Assembly (NCBI RefSeq): GCF_006345805.1
Contig: NC_043007.1
Location: forward strand, 34,968,001 to 35,032,000
Direction of reading: 5' to 3'
From: Octopus sinensis
Lineage: Eukaryota
DNA: 64,000 bases
Shown one piece after another: positions 49,440-63,580 of this stretch. Position 1 is the stretch's first letter; each line of letters starts with the position of its first letter. Made by a program: the position numbers and the translations under genes. The notes beneath the pieces were generated by a model. The model did no database searches. It saw only the letters and a list, made by a program, of their open reading frames with translations, and was not told where the DNA came from.

Positions 49440-49747
49440 TATATATATAATATATATATATATATATAGTATGTATGTATGTATGTATGTATGTATGTAT
49501 GTATGTATGTATGTATGTGTGCATATTTGTGTGTCTGTGTTTGTCCCCCAACATCGCTTGACAAACGATGCTGTGTGTGTTTACATCCCCGTAACTTAGC
49601 GGTTTGGCAAAAGAGACCGATAGGATAAGAACTAGGCTTACAATGAATAAGTCCTGGGGTCGATTTGCTCGACTAAAGGCGGTGGTCCAGCACGGCCGCA
49701 GTCAAATGACTGAAACAAATAAAAGAGTAAAAGAGTAAAAGAGTAAA
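47112..49747 (+). mobile_element. 5'-truncated SINE family A split by a CR1 insertion in its (TA)n core
   Basis: Left part 47112-47196 and right part 49402-49747 are consecutive SINE A segments. Confidence 0.8.
47197..49401 (-). pseudogene. CR1-clade LINE, 2.2 kb, 5'-truncated
   Basis: SATGPDGFP, YRPISLTSH, YLDFAKAFDKVDH, SGVPQGTVLGPLLF, YADDTK; (ATCA)n tail. Confidence 0.92.
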
Positions 49748-50104
49748 GAGAGAGTTATCTGCGGAATGGTAAAATTAACTGAAATGACACGAAAATCATG
49801 AAATATTATCTATTTTTATTTAGTGTTTTCAGCGGTCAACGTACAAACAAACTTTTTGTCATATAAGAATACATAGGCGCATTACGGTGAAATAATACGT
49901 GGCTTGCAAGAAATAGGAGCCAATACACCACCAAAAGCACCCCTCCCCCACCACCACCATCCATGTCCGGAAAATAAGTGCACAGTTATATGTGGAATGG
50001 TCAAATAAATTTAAATGGCACGAAAAACCTGAAATATCAATTTTATTTGGTGTTTTCAGCGGTCAACGTACAAACAAACAAGGATATATATATATATATA
50101 TAAA

Positions 50105-50500
50105 CTACCAGTATCGCCCGGCGTTGCTCGGGTTTGTAAGGGAAATAACTATATAAGCATTTTTAGAGAGTTATAGCAAAAAATAGCAAAAAATGCATTA
50201 CAAATGGAAAAAAAATTATGGTAAATTTTTTTTTAAATCGTTAAGTCATGGTACACATTTTTAGAGAGTTACTTCCCTTATATAATTGCGAAAAAATACA
50301 TTAAAATGGGAAAAAATGATGGTAAATTTTTTTTTAAATCGTAGACTCATCGTAGACGCGCGCTAATACCCAGAAGGGCTCGATATGAATCACGACTATA
50401 AGATACCCGGTTTTGGTTAAACTGCACCGCAAAATGTGAGAGTAGTTAGGAATCTAAATCGTAGGAGACAGACACACAACCTCTCTTTTATATATAAAGA
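50105..50500 (-). mobile_element. Non-autonomous Helitron-type element
   Basis: Reverse complement of 32636-33034; terminal CTAG mutated to GTAG. Confidence 0.85.
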
Positions 50501-51265
50501 TTAGTAAAAAACAACCTTTTATCAGTTCAATAAGGAAGAATTAAATTACACCATCTAGAAAAGTGGGTTTTTTCTCATTTATATATATATATATATATTA
50601 TATTTTGTGAAATTTGATTTAGTATTTCTAAATTAAATTTTTCCCTGTAAGTTTGGAATAATATTCCCTCATATTATTATTATGTATATATATTTGCGTC
50701 CCCGTAGCTTTGTGATTCTGCAAAAGAGACCGAGAGAATATGTACCCGGATTTACTAAAAGTAAGGTCTGGGATGGATTTATTCTGTTAAAAATTCTTCA
50801 AGTTGTTGCCCTAGCATGACCGCAGTCTAATGACTGGAAAAGAATAAAAGGTATGCTTTGCAATTTTGCGAGTGGCGAGTACAGAACGTAGGAGAAAATA
50901 ATGAACAAGCAAGAATTATGCAATTGACTTCATTAACTTTAAGTTGTTCCTCTTATACGATGTCGTACAAGTACTTGGCTCTGAATACACTGCTTCTTAT
51001 AACAGAAACAGTTGTAAGCCAATGAAGTTGATTGCGTATTTCTTGTTTCGTTGTCATTCAATAATGTATATGTGTGTGCGCACGCGTGTGTGTGCGTGCG
51101 TGCGTGCGTGTGTGTGTGTGTGTATGTACATACACACATACATATATACATGCATGCATGCATGCATACATACATACATACATACACATACATACATACA
51201 TACATACATACATACATACATACATACATACATACATACGTAAGTACGTAAATTTCTTCTCAATG

Positions 51266-51300
51266 GATTCTGTCGAAGTGCACAGGCTCGAAACGTCAAA
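51266..51300 (+). ncRNA. Degenerate PLE-type hammerhead motif (U6 variant)
   Basis: CUGUCGA a GUGC-acag-GCUC GAAA C GU C; downstream flank related to 6900-6995. Confidence 0.4.
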
Positions 51301-51384
51301 GACTTTCCATTCTCCCAAGCGTCAAACTAATACACCTGCTTGTTGTTCCGTCACCTGTCTTCATCTTTGCTTTCTGTAAATTTG

Positions 51385-51450
<66 letters not shown>

Positions 51451-51536
51451 GAGGAGGAGAGGAGAGGAGAGAGATGAGAAAAAGATATATCATACATATA
51501 TTATATATATATATATATGTATATATATATACATAC

Positions 51537-51571
<35 letters not shown>

Positions 51572-51589
51572 CATACATATATATAATAT

Positions 51590-51632
<43 letters not shown>

Positions 51633-52189
51633 TGTGTGTGTGTGTGTGTGTGGCGCCGCGCCTCTGTTGTGTGTGTGTGGACATTTGGGGTATTATTTAC
51701 TCTCCATTACACGTGTTTCATTTGCTAGTTGGAATTACAAAGATTAACATAGTATTATAGACATGTAAGGAATTTCCGATTAGAAAACCTTCAGATATAA
51801 AATTTTTCAGTCTGAAGATTTTGTAATAGAAAATTCCTTATATATCTATCTAACATGTAAATTTTTGTAATTTCTATTAGCAAATGAAACACGTTTAATG
51901 GAGAATATATCATACCAAAAACACATTTCCAGTTCCTGCTTTTTTTTTTCTTTTTATTCAGCAACTCTGCAAAACATATTTTCATTATTCTCAATTTAAT
52001 GTTTTGATTTACAAACAACAGTAATTATTGATTGCAGTAATGGAATAAACAAATGTGTTTGAAAAAGAAACAGCTGGGATTTACTATAAGTACCTCTATC
52101 ATATATTTTTCTCCTTTTCTTCTTTTTTTTTCTTTTCCCTTTTCTCTTTTTATTTTTTCTTCTTTTTTCTCCCCCCCTTTTATCTCCTT

Positions 52190-53560
52190 TATATATAGGA
52201 CTAAAAATTTATCCCGCCCGGAGATTGAAAGTACTAAGAAAGATTTAATAAAATTCTTCAAAAATTATAATTTAAATATAGTGTTTGAAATAAATCATTA
52301 GATAGCTAATTTTTTTTAGACGTCACACTTAATCTTAAAACTAATCTCCAATATCCATATAGAAAACCGAACCAAACCCTTCAGTACGTAAACGTTCTTT
52401 CTAATCATCCTAGATCAACCATTGATGGTATGGTAATGGTTATCTCAATTAGAATCTCAAATCCATCGGCGAACGAGGAGATATTCAATACTCACGCTCT
52501 GTATTGTAACCAAGCCCTAAGGTTAAGCTGTTTTTAAAAAGAAATATTTTACATCCCTGATACAATTCCTAAGACCAACATTGCAAATACCTTGAATGGA
52601 ACTGGCTCACAATCTAGTAATACGACCCCCAATTTAGGTAAACCAATTAAACACATGAAAAAACATTGTATGAATCAGGCCAGAATTGATAACATGGCAT
52701 TTAGGTATTCACATAAATATAAACCCTATATCCTCAACCAGTCTAATCAGACCAAATACTCAAGATCTTGGAAACGTGAAATAATATGGTTTGCCCCTCC
52801 CTTCTCTCGTCAGGTCAAATCTTTGCCCAAATTGTATTTTAAAATATTGAAGGAAAATTTTCCTAAAAATCATAAATATTATTCAATTTTTAATAAATCC
52901 TCTGTGAAATTGTTGTACTCTACTACTCCGAATTTAGGTTCGATCATGGCGTCTACCAATAAGAAATCTGCCCACACAAATCTTTATAACGAGCTCTATA
53001 ACTCCAAAATTGACACTAGCTCTAACGTAAACATTACGTCAGGCCAACCCCTGACAGTCGGGGGTGACTTAATCTCTAGTAATCGGAAAATTAATACCGA
53101 TGCGGGTGGGACATGTAATTGTCGAATTAAGGACTCGTGTCCGCTCGCCGGATACTGTTTATGTAATAACGTAGTATATAGCTGTTGTGTGGAAATCCCT
53201 ACTACACAGAGGGTAAGAGTTTATATAGGAAGCACTGTAGACTTTAAATGTCGATACAGGGCCCATTTGAAACTTTTACTAACGCAAAATATAAATCTTC
53301 TACAACGCTAGCTTCGAATATACAAGAACTTAAACTAAAAAATAAACAATACTCATTATTTTGGTCTGTAATAGCAGAAGCACCCCTATACAATAAAATC
53401 TCGCGTATGTAAGCTGTGTATTAGAGAGTCCATGAATACTTTTCTTCGGTATGAACCAACATCATTAAATAAATTCTCGGATGCTATATTTTTCCTGTAA
53501 CCGTAGATACCGTTCAACATTTAAATATTTTGATAAACATCGATAATTTAATCATTAAAT
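52190..53560 (+). pseudogene. Penelope-like element (Neptune-like) RT thumb, Cys-rich linker and GIY-YIG
   Basis: NFLDVTLNL, YRKPN, SNHP, IIWFAPPFS, CNCRIKDSCPLAGYC, VVY...YIGST..FKCRY. Confidence 0.85.
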
Positions 53561-53779
53561 TTTTAATTATCTTTATTTCAATTAATCTCTATACTCCTGC
53601 CGTCCTGTAACTTCATATTGATCAATTATTACCCGCTTAACATTTGTAACATTTTCAAGATCGCATTTCTCATAATTCCTATTATGACATTTCCTCCTCG
53701 GTTAACAACTGCACCTCCCTATATAACTAAATCTCATCTACCCAGTATAACATTGCACGAAAAGTGTCGATTGTGAACT

Positions 53780-54060
53780 ACTTGAGATTCGTTCTCCTCA
53801 CTTTTGAGTTGGACGTGTGGTTCAAGAAAAGTTAGTAAGTTGCTTCTTGTTGATCGGAAACTGAAGGTAATGGTGGAGGGTAGGAAGTCTAGGTGCTTCG
53901 AATGTGGCCAGAAAAGCCACATAAGAGCTGAGTACACTCAGCCCCTACAAAACTTACAATGACTACATCGATGGAGACCACACTTCCACCCGTTGAAGTG
54001 TCGAAGTCGGAAGGAATACACGAACCGAGGGAACAAAAGGAAATAACGGAGGAGTGGACA
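53780..54060 (+). pseudogene. Tx1-type ORF1 fragment with zinc knuckle
   Basis: KVMVEGRKSRCFECGQKSHIRAEY (CX2CX4HX4C with last C>Y). Confidence 0.6.
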
Positions 54061-54171
54061 TTTGCACTTAGTTCAAAATTTGGATCATATGCATGAAAAA
54101 TTAGTATAAAATAAAACTCGTAAAGCAAGTCCTCTTAAAATGAGGTGTTACTGTACATATAAAAAAAAACG

Positions 54172-54479
54172 ATAAATGTCGCTCTTTTCAAGCCTAGCCA
54201 GGTTCGTGGGCCCGGTTTCCCGGTTTCTGTGGCGTATGTGTTCCCTCCAGCTGGACGGGACACCAGTCCATCACAGCGTTACTCAAGAAACAGGAAGAGA
54301 GAGAGAGAGAAAGTTGTGGCGAAAGAGTACAACAGGGGTTGCCACCACTCCCTGTCGCAGCCTCGTGGAGCTTTTAGGTGTTTTCGCTCAATAAACACAC
54401 ACAACGCCCGGTCTGGGAATCGAAACCGCGATCCTCCGACCGCAAGTCCGCTGCCTAACCACTGGGCCATTGCGCATCC
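54172..54479 (-). mobile_element. SINE family C, 3' variant ii
   Basis: Family C head and middle joined to the tail of the 9965-10221 family. Confidence 0.8.
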
Positions 54480-54489
54480 ACTACTGTAC

Positions 54490-54490
54490 A

Positions 54491-54552
<62 letters not shown>

Positions 54553-54566
54553 TAATATATATATTA

Positions 54567-54597
<31 letters not shown>

Positions 54598-54645
54598 TAT
54601 ATATATAGATATATATATATATATATATAATATATTATATATATA

Positions 54646-54713
<68 letters not shown>

Positions 54714-54725
54714 CATATATATATA

Positions 54726-54777
<52 letters not shown>

Positions 54778-54802
54778 TTATATAATATATATAATATATA
54801 TA

Positions 54803-54845
<43 letters not shown>

Positions 54846-55039
54846 CATTTAATAATAAACACAAAATCGATATATTTGGTACTAAATACACGCGCGGGAT
54901 TGAAAATATACATCTGAATTCACAGCAAAACAAGATATTTTTCACTGATAGTGCCCAATAGAAAATTAAAAGTCATTAATTTCGGCTACAACCACAGTGA
55001 ACGTACAAGGAAGAGAACGAAATGAAGAATCGAATATCG

Positions 55040-55116
<77 letters not shown>

Positions 55117-55167
55117 TATATTTGTGTGTGTGTGTACATGCATACATACATACACCCCCCGACCCAA

Positions 55168-55238
<71 letters not shown>

Positions 55239-55711
55239 TATACACAACCAGATATGCTTATAACTATCGTAATCCGGGACAAAATGTTGTTTCGATGTGT
55301 TGTGGCATATGCCATCAGTCTAGGACGAAGAAATATGAATTATAATAATATGCTTCTATTTATATGCATGTATGTGTATGAATGAATGGATGTATGTATC
55401 TATATAATCATATTTGACTAAATTTCATTTCCATTTGTTTCCTGTTTATAATATATGCCCCTATGCACGGAAATAGTATGATGTTCCGGCTTATAATAGG
55501 ATATATACATGCTTAATATGTATGTGCGTGTAAGTATGAGTGTACTTGTATATCTATATTCATATATGTATGCACACTGACATATACATATGTGTGAACA
55601 TATATATATACATATATATACGCACACACACACACACATATATAATACATACATAATATATAATGTACACACACACACACCACACCCACACACACACCAA
55701 CACACACACAC

Positions 55712-55767
<56 letters not shown>

Positions 55768-55790
55768 TATAATATATAATATACATAATA
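54490..55790. repeat. Extended (TA)n/(CA)n microsatellite field
   Basis: Direct reading. Confidence 0.9.
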
Positions 55791-56101
55791 TCAGGGTAAT
55801 AAAAATTTTAGAAATCTTTACTAGCAGTGGCCTAGCGTGTAGAAAAATTAGTCAATAGATATATATGATTCGTACATTTAAACACATAAGAGGTATCCGT
55901 CATAGGATTCCTAGCATGCTAGAAGGAACAGCCAAAATCCAAACCACTATTAGGGATAAACTTCGAATGGAATGAAAAATAAAAACATTTACCATCTATC
56001 TCCTGGACCATGGTTTCTGACTTCTTTTAGCAAAATGAAATAATTTGCTAGGCGAAGTCTTCATAATAATAATAATAATAATGATAATAATAATAATAAT
56101 A

Positions 56102-56155
<54 letters not shown>

Positions 56156-56179
56156 ACAACAACAACAACAATAATAATA

Positions 56180-56548
56180 GACATCGGAAACCGGACATTG
56201 TTGTGGTGAATAAAAAAGAAAGAATATGTATGATAATCGACACAGCATGTCCCAGTGACAACAGGATCAAAGAGAAAGAAGAAATAAGCAACTCTGACGA
56301 TTTGAAGTGGGAAATACGAAGGTTGTGGTCAATGAGGAGAGTAGACGTGATACCAATAGTAATCGGTGCAGTTGGAAGTATCAGCATTCAACTACTAACA
56401 TGGCTGAAAAAGATTGGTGCAAGTGTGAAGGTAGAACACCTACAAAAATCAGCATTGCTTGGAACTGCAAGAATTCTTCTCGGAGTTCTTGAAGGCTAAC
56501 AGTAAACAAGTGCCACCTTTCCATCATACCCTGCAAAATAAGCTATGA
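56180..56548 (+). pseudogene. R4/Dong family D 3' fragment (RLE)
   Basis: HRKPDIVVVNKKERICMIIDTACP...SALLGTARIL; (TAA)n flanks. Confidence 0.85.
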
Positions 56549-56553
56549 GGTTT

Positions 56554-56617
<64 letters not shown>

Positions 56618-56618
<1 letters not shown>

Positions 56619-57756
56619 TGATACAAATAGCGGCAAAACACGAACAAAACAAAAAACTGTTCTCAGTATTTATGGAAGCTGACAAATACAAACAAGAAAT
56701 CATACCACCTAACAAATATGAAGAAGAAGAAGAGAAGAAGAAGAAGAAGAAAGAAGAAGAAGAAGAAGAAGAAAGAAGAAGAAGAAGAAGAAGAAGAAGA
56801 AGATGATGATTTGATGATGATGAAAGAAAAAAAAGCTACAAAACAAATGAAATCCAAACTAAAAACAGAACAGCAACGAACCATAATAAAACGATGGCAA
56901 GAAAAGCCCCTTCATAGCAAATACTGGACTAAACTAAATGCAAAAGAAATAGACAAAGAAAAATCCCAACAATGGTTGAGAAGCTCAGGACTCAAAGCAG
57001 AGACAGAAGGATTTTTAATTGCAGCACAAGACCAAAGCCTCCCCACCAGAAATTACCAAAAACATGTAATGAAAAGAAATATAACAAGTAACTGCAGAAT
57101 ATGTGGAGATGGACAAGAAACAATAAATCATATTATCTCTGGCTGCCCAGTCCTGGCTAAGAAGGAATATATTCGCAGACACGACAGAGTTGGGACCTAC
57201 ACACATTGGAAGCTATGCCAACATTATGGAATAACAACAGAAAAAAGATGGTATAGGCACACACCAGAAAAGGTCACAGAAAACGAGAAAGCAACCATAC
57301 TCTGGGATATGCCTATACACACAGATAGAGAAATTAAGGCCAACAGACCAGATATAGTTGTCAGAGATCATGAAGAAAAAAAATGTTTTCTAATTGATGT
57401 ATCAATACCAGCGGATGACAACCTGTCTCTAAAAGAAATGGAGAAACTTTCAAAATACAAAGACCTGGAAATAGAAGTAACCAGAATGTGGAATCTAAAA
57501 ACAGAAACAATTCCTATTATAATAGGTGCATTAGGCATGATAAAAAGATATTCAGACAAATACATAACAAAACACCAGGACTTACAAACACATATAACAT
57601 ACAGAAATGCACTACTAGGCACTGCACACATCCTACGCAGAACACTTCCATACAATAACCACCAGAGCATCACAACAAATCACAGCACATACCCGAGGCA
57701 CACAGAGCTGCGCTCGGTAGTGAAGTGAAAGCACGATATAAAAAATATACTACTGA

Positions 57757-57758
<2 letters not shown>
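56618..57758 (+). pseudogene. R4/Dong family A 3' part with internal GAA/GAT tract
   Basis: ORF 56718-57728: CRICGDGQETINHIISGC, ANRPDIV, LIDVSIP; near-identical to 42247-43415. Confidence 0.92.
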
Positions 57759-57819
<61 letters not shown>

Positions 57820-57883
57820 GTAATAGTAATAATAAAAACAACAACAACAGCAACAACAACAACAATAATAATAATAATAATAT

Positions 57884-59836
57884 AATTTCAGGATTAAACT
57901 TAAGGATATAATTTCAGCTAATGATATTGATATTACAGATCTCAACCACCTGTACTATGCATCAGCGACAGTCTCAACGATTCTACGTGATGAAAAGATT
58001 AAAAAACGATAACATTCTCACAATAGCCTACTTGACAAGAGCGTATTCAACACCAAATTCAGCTACTTAGGTTTGATGTAGAATGTTTAAAAAAAACCTT
58101 AAGTTTGACAAATCCGAAAATTAAAGAAAAAATATAATACGAAAACCATATTTGACGTCGAAGACACCATAGAAACTATCAAGCAAAAGGTATGTGCTAA
58201 ATCTGCCCACTTAACAAGGTATGAAAAGCGCGTTAGATTTCTCAAGGACAGCAACACGTTCAAAAATAACTCCAACAATGTTTACAGGAAGATAGGGAAA
58301 ATACAAAGCTACAGTAAAGTTTGTCCCATCAAAAGAAAAAGTGCAGGAATTTTGGAATAAAATTTGGGCAGAAGATAAAACATACAATGAAAAGGCCCTT
58401 TGGATGATAGAATATCTAGACTTAGACTCCTTAGAGGAGCAAAAGTGGGAGGGTATCAAAGTAGAGGATGTAAGATCTGCTCACAGGAAATCAAGCAAAT
58501 GGAAGTCTCCAGGAAAGGATAAAATTCCTAACTTCTGGTTGAATGCCTTGCCAGAGATTCATGAACTGCAGACAAAACTTTACTACGATATTTTGCAACA
58601 TCCTAGTATGATGCTCTCTTGGCTACTTAATGGTTTAACATTCCTACTTCCAAAAAACAAAAACGTAGAAACAAATAAACTAAAAAATTATAGACCCATA
58701 GCCTGCTTCACAACAACGTATAAAATACTAACATGTGTCTTAACTGAATATACCTTTTTTTTTTTTTAATAGAAAGTCACATATTCCCTAATGAACAAAA
58801 AGGATGTAAACGTGGGATGTATGGTTGTAAAGTTCAGCTACTCATCAATAAGATTATCACAAACGACACAAAAACTTGTCGATAGCCTGGATAGACTATA
58901 AAAATGTTGTTGATAGTCTACCACATAGCTGGATTAAGAAATGTCTGGACCTACTCTGCGAAACTTCTTATCTGTAAGTATGAGTCATGGAGGACCACAC
59001 TGACTTTGAACAGTGACAAAGAATCTCTTAATGCTGGAGATGTAAGAATTTCATGTGGCATTTTCCAGGATGACTCTCTATCACTACTCCTCTTTTGTTT
59101 AGCTTCAATGCCTCTATCGAAATTCCACAATGATGCACAGTACGGTTATAAAATGCTTGATAAAAATGTAAATCATCTCATTTACATGGATGATTTAAAG
59201 CTCTTTGCAAAATATGACCAACAACTCAAGGGATTACTAGCGATTGTTAAATAATTCAGTGATGACATCAGGATGCAACTTAGTCTCGATAGATGTGCAA
59301 AAACTACCTTTATCAAAGGGAAAGTGACAGAAACATCCAATGTCAATCTTGACCAGCAGAATATCACAAAAGAATTAGAACCAGCGGAGAGCTACGAACA
59401 CCTAGGGATATTTGAAGTGGATAGAATCAAACATTCAGTGATGAGGGAAAGGATCAGAAGAGAATGTTATTGCAGGGCAAGAGCAATACTCAAGACAGAG
59501 ATGAACGCAAGAAACAGGATCGAAGCGATCAATACTTTAGCCATACCAGTCGTGTCATACAGTTCCAATATCATTAACTGGTCAATTACTGAAATATGTA
59601 ATCTTGACAGAAAAATACGAAAATTGTTGACAATGCATAGAATCCACAATCCTAAGGCAGATATAGAACGACTTTATCTGCCAAGAAAAGAGGGAGGCCG
59701 TGGACTTTTACAACTGGAATTAACAATGAAGATTGCCAAATTTGGCCTAGATACCTACCTGAAAAACTGTGATGAATGGATGTTAAAACTTGTTTCAAAG
59801 CATGTAAATAAGAAAGCATCATACCCAGTAGCAGTT
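57884..59836 (+). pseudogene. R4/Dong family C fragment
   Basis: KSPGKDKIPNFW, NYRPIAC, YMDDLKLF, KEGGRGL. Confidence 0.9.
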
Positions 59837-60224
59837 TCGGGAGAGGGAGTAAGTCGATTACATCGACCCCAATACTCAACTGGTACTTCTGTTATCGGCT
59901 CCGATAGGATGAAGGCAAAATTGACCTCAGGCAGCAATCGAATGCAATCAATTGAAGTAGCAATAAGGATAGCCAGTACCTTTATCTTTTGCTTATTTCA
60001 GCCATGCTCAGAGACTACTATGAAAGATGTAGTTGAATAATCGATAGATATATAGATAGATAGATAGATAGATAGATAGTACATACATACATACATACAT
60101 ACATACATACATACATACATACATACATACATACATACATACATGATGGCCGTCTACTCATGACCGAGGAAGGTCATTGCTGACCTTCGGGAACATTGTG
60201 CTCTCTAGGACTAACTTATATTTT

Positions 60225-61130
60225 ACATACATGTGTTTCAGTGAAAACCTCAATAAAATGTAAAGATAATATGCCTGAAATTGTAATTTGAGATAGAGAA
60301 AAGAAACTGTACAGTTGAGGGAATCCGCTGCCCAGTAGATGTTAACGTAATGCTAAAGATCACAGAAAAAGAAAATATCTACGTTGAACTATTGAGGAAT
60401 CTACAGCTGTTCTATCCAGATTACGAGTTCACGTTTATACCTGTAATTATTGGGGCCCTGGGATATGTAACACATTGCCTAAATATCAATCATGAGAAAT
60501 TAGGCTTCTCAAAACCAGAAAGGAGAAAGCTGACTCGAAGACTACGGATCCAAGCCATCACTGGAACTGCAATAATCTGTAAAACTTTCCATAAGTTTAT
60601 CCTTTAATTATAGATGAGTATGTCTAGATATGTGGAGACACATGGCCTAGTGGTAAGAGCAGTGGACTCGCGGTCGAGGGACAGCGGGTTCGAATCTCAG
60701 ACCGGGCGATGTATGAGTGAAACACCTAAGCTCAACGCAGCTCCGGCAGAAGGTAATGGCGAACTTCTGCTGACTCTTTCGCCACAACTTTCTCTCACTC
60801 TTTCCTCCTGCATCTTGCAGCTCACCTGCGACGGACCGGCGTCCCGTCCAGGTGGGGAACCTATACGCCAAGGAAACCGGGAGACCTATGGCCCCTATGG
60901 CTCGAGAAAGAACAAACATGTCTAGATATACAACTATATGCATGAGAAGACAACCATAACACAAAACATACAAATCTGCGCATGCACTGACTCCCAATAT
61001 AGTATATACAAACATACATGTAAAAATATCCTGTTGATGTTATTGAAATTACAATGAAGAGGGCTTGGATGTAGGTTAGAAACCGGCTCTTTCTCTATTG
61101 GCAAGAATTCATGAAATAAAACTAAATAAT
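60225..61130 (+). pseudogene. RLE-type LINE C-terminus and 3' UTR of a further family, with nested SINE
   Basis: EKENIYVELLRNLQLFYPDYEFTFIPVIIGALG; UTR continues after the SINE. Confidence 0.65.
60632..60917 (+). mobile_element. SINE family C, variant i, with 12-bp TSD
   Basis: ATGTCTAGATAT at 60620-60631 and 60918-60929. Confidence 0.9.
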
Positions 61131-61925
61131 GGCATATATACATACATATGGTGCAATTATTTTTTAATTGCGTAAAGATGTAAAAACATAACGAACGGTG
61201 TATTAATTTAACGCTCAGAAGAATTAGAAGTTTTTAACGTTTCGAACCTACGCCCTTCTAAGGATAGATGAGGAGAGAGAAAAAGGAGAAAAGAGTTAGT
61301 ATGTCTCAATTAGACGGCGGGTTTCCACACAGTTTCCGTCTACCAAATTCACATTGATCGGCCCGGTGTTATGCTGCTATCATAGAAGACACTTGCCCAT
61401 GGTCCTGTACAATGAGAGCGAACTTAAAACCACGTCGTTGCGAATCGAACTTTTTAACCACTCAGCAATGCCTACACCTATATACTGATGATACCAGGCA
61501 AACATTCGCCTTTTAATCCTCGGTTGTAGGGTGGTTTCGTTACTATTTGGCTCTGACGAGAACCTAATCAATAAAGATAATGAGCTTTAACGACTGTGAG
61601 ACAGGGACATTCAACTTCTTTGGAGCGTCATATATTTTACGGACTCCATACTATTACTCGGAATATCATTGATGGTTGTGCAGACGTCACATTTATTTCA
61701 GTTGCAACTAGACAGTACGACATATTGACATATCCTACGTGTGTGTGTGTTTGTGCATTTCTTATTTTGCTCCTCCCTCCCACCCCCTTTCTCTCTCTCT
61801 CTTCTCTCTCTCTCTCTCTCTTTCACTCTGCATATTTATCTATGTGTGTGTAAGTGTGTGTATGTGTGTGTGTGCATATACACACGAGCATACACACACA
61901 CACGCACACATATACATAATATAAT

Positions 61926-61990
<65 letters not shown>

Positions 61991-62004
61991 ATATATATTA
62001 TATC

Positions 62005-62035
<31 letters not shown>

Positions 62036-62441
62036 TTATATATATATATATATATTATATATGTTTTATATTTAATTATTAATATATATATATATATATA
62101 TATATGTACTCGCGCGCGCGCACACATACTTCAGACTATTGCAGAAAGGGAAAAAAAAGTAAATGAAGAAAGAAACGAAGAAAGAAAGAAAGAAAGGACA
62201 GAAAGGAAAAAAAAAGAAAAGAAAAGAAAGAAAAACGAAAAGAAAGAAACAAAACGCATTCCTGAGTCATGACAGCCAGAACCGTTAATAAAACCACAAT
62301 GTCATGTCAAAAGCAGTGTCAGACAGAAATGGTTGTAAATTACGGATTTGAAGCACGTAGATACGAGAGTTTCGTGTCATCTGAGTTCACGTTCGCTCCT
62401 CCCACACCACAGGGATTATGACCACCACCCCCATCATAGAC

Positions 62442-62825
62442 TTGAAGCACTCCGTCGGTTACGACGACGAGGGTTCCGGTTGATCCGAATCAACGGAACA
62501 GCCTGCTCGTGAAATTAACGTGTAAGTGGCTGAGCACTCTACAGACACATGTTCCCTTAATGTAGTTCTCGGAGATATTCAGCGTGACACAGAGAGTGAC
62601 AAGGCTGGCCCCTTTGAAATAGGGTACAACAGAAACAGGAAGTAAGAGTGAGAGAAAGTTGTGGTGAAAAGAGTACAGCAGGGATTACCACCATCCCCTG
62701 CTGGAGCCTCGTGGAGCTTTAGGTGTTTTCTCTCAATAAACACTCACAACGCCCGGTCTGGGAATCGAAACCGCGATCCTACGACCGCGAGTCCGCTGCC
62801 CTAACCACTGGGCCATTGCGCCTCC
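62442..62825 (-). mobile_element. SINE family C, 3' variant iii
   Basis: Family C head and middle plus tail AAAGGGGCCAGCC...GAGCAGGCTGTTCC...GACGGAGTGC; CATCATA(G/C)AC flanks. Confidence 0.8.
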
Positions 62826-63081
62826 CATCATACACACACACACACACACAGAGCGGATCAGACTGGTGGTATGTATGGGATCAAGCTCAACTCCTTTGGG
62901 TGTTTCGACAGTTCTAGGCCTTTTTAATACCCCTCTGCTACTCAGCTCATCAACTTTTGGCAATCTCAAAGCGCTCTGTTGTCACCGTTTCTTGGTATCA
63001 GGTCGCACCGTGGTGATTGATCTCCCCCCCCCCCAGCACCAAAGCTGACCCAAATCTCTGTCGTTTCATTACCATATTTCT

Positions 63082-63259
63082 GGCCGTGTGGTAAGAAGCT
63101 CGCTTCCCAACCACATGGTCCCGGGTTCAGTCTCACTGCGTCCGCATGGCGCCTTGGACAAGTAGTGTCTTCTACTATAGCCTGTTTGTGTGTGTGTGTG
63201 TGTCTATCTGTCTGTCTGCCCGTGTGTGTGTGGGGGGTATATGTGTGTGTGTGTGGGGG

Positions 63260-63308
<49 letters not shown>

Positions 63309-63525
63309 TGTTTGTCTGTCCCCCACTATCGTTTTACAACCGGTGTTAGTGTGTTTACGCCCTCGTAACCTAGCGGCTCGGCAAAAGAAACCGGTAGAGT
63401 AAGTACCAAGCTTTAAAAAAAAAAAAGTTCGAGGGATTTATTCATTCGACTAAAAATTCTTCAAGGTAGTGCCCCAGCATGGCCGCAGTTTAATAACTGA
63501 AACTATTAAAAGATTAAAAAATGTT
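63082..63525 (+). mobile_element. SINE family A variant
   Basis: Head, central GT repeat and CR1-like tail. Confidence 0.7.
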
Positions 63526-63580
63526 TAAAAAAAAGTAAAATATATTTCATTTGGAATATGCTGCTGTATTAGCTGTTACT

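Noticed and set aside
61050-61095. AUGAAGA...GAAACCGGCUC hammerhead-like string in a LINE 3' UTR
   Set aside because: C3 missing, stem II mostly G-U, 10.1-11.1 pair broken and U16.1 absent; too degenerate to call.
62745-62825. tRNA-like sequences with A and B boxes (also near 3830, 34030, 54400, 60635)
   Set aside because: SINE heads: no complete cloverleaf or acceptor stem, and each continues into a repeat body.
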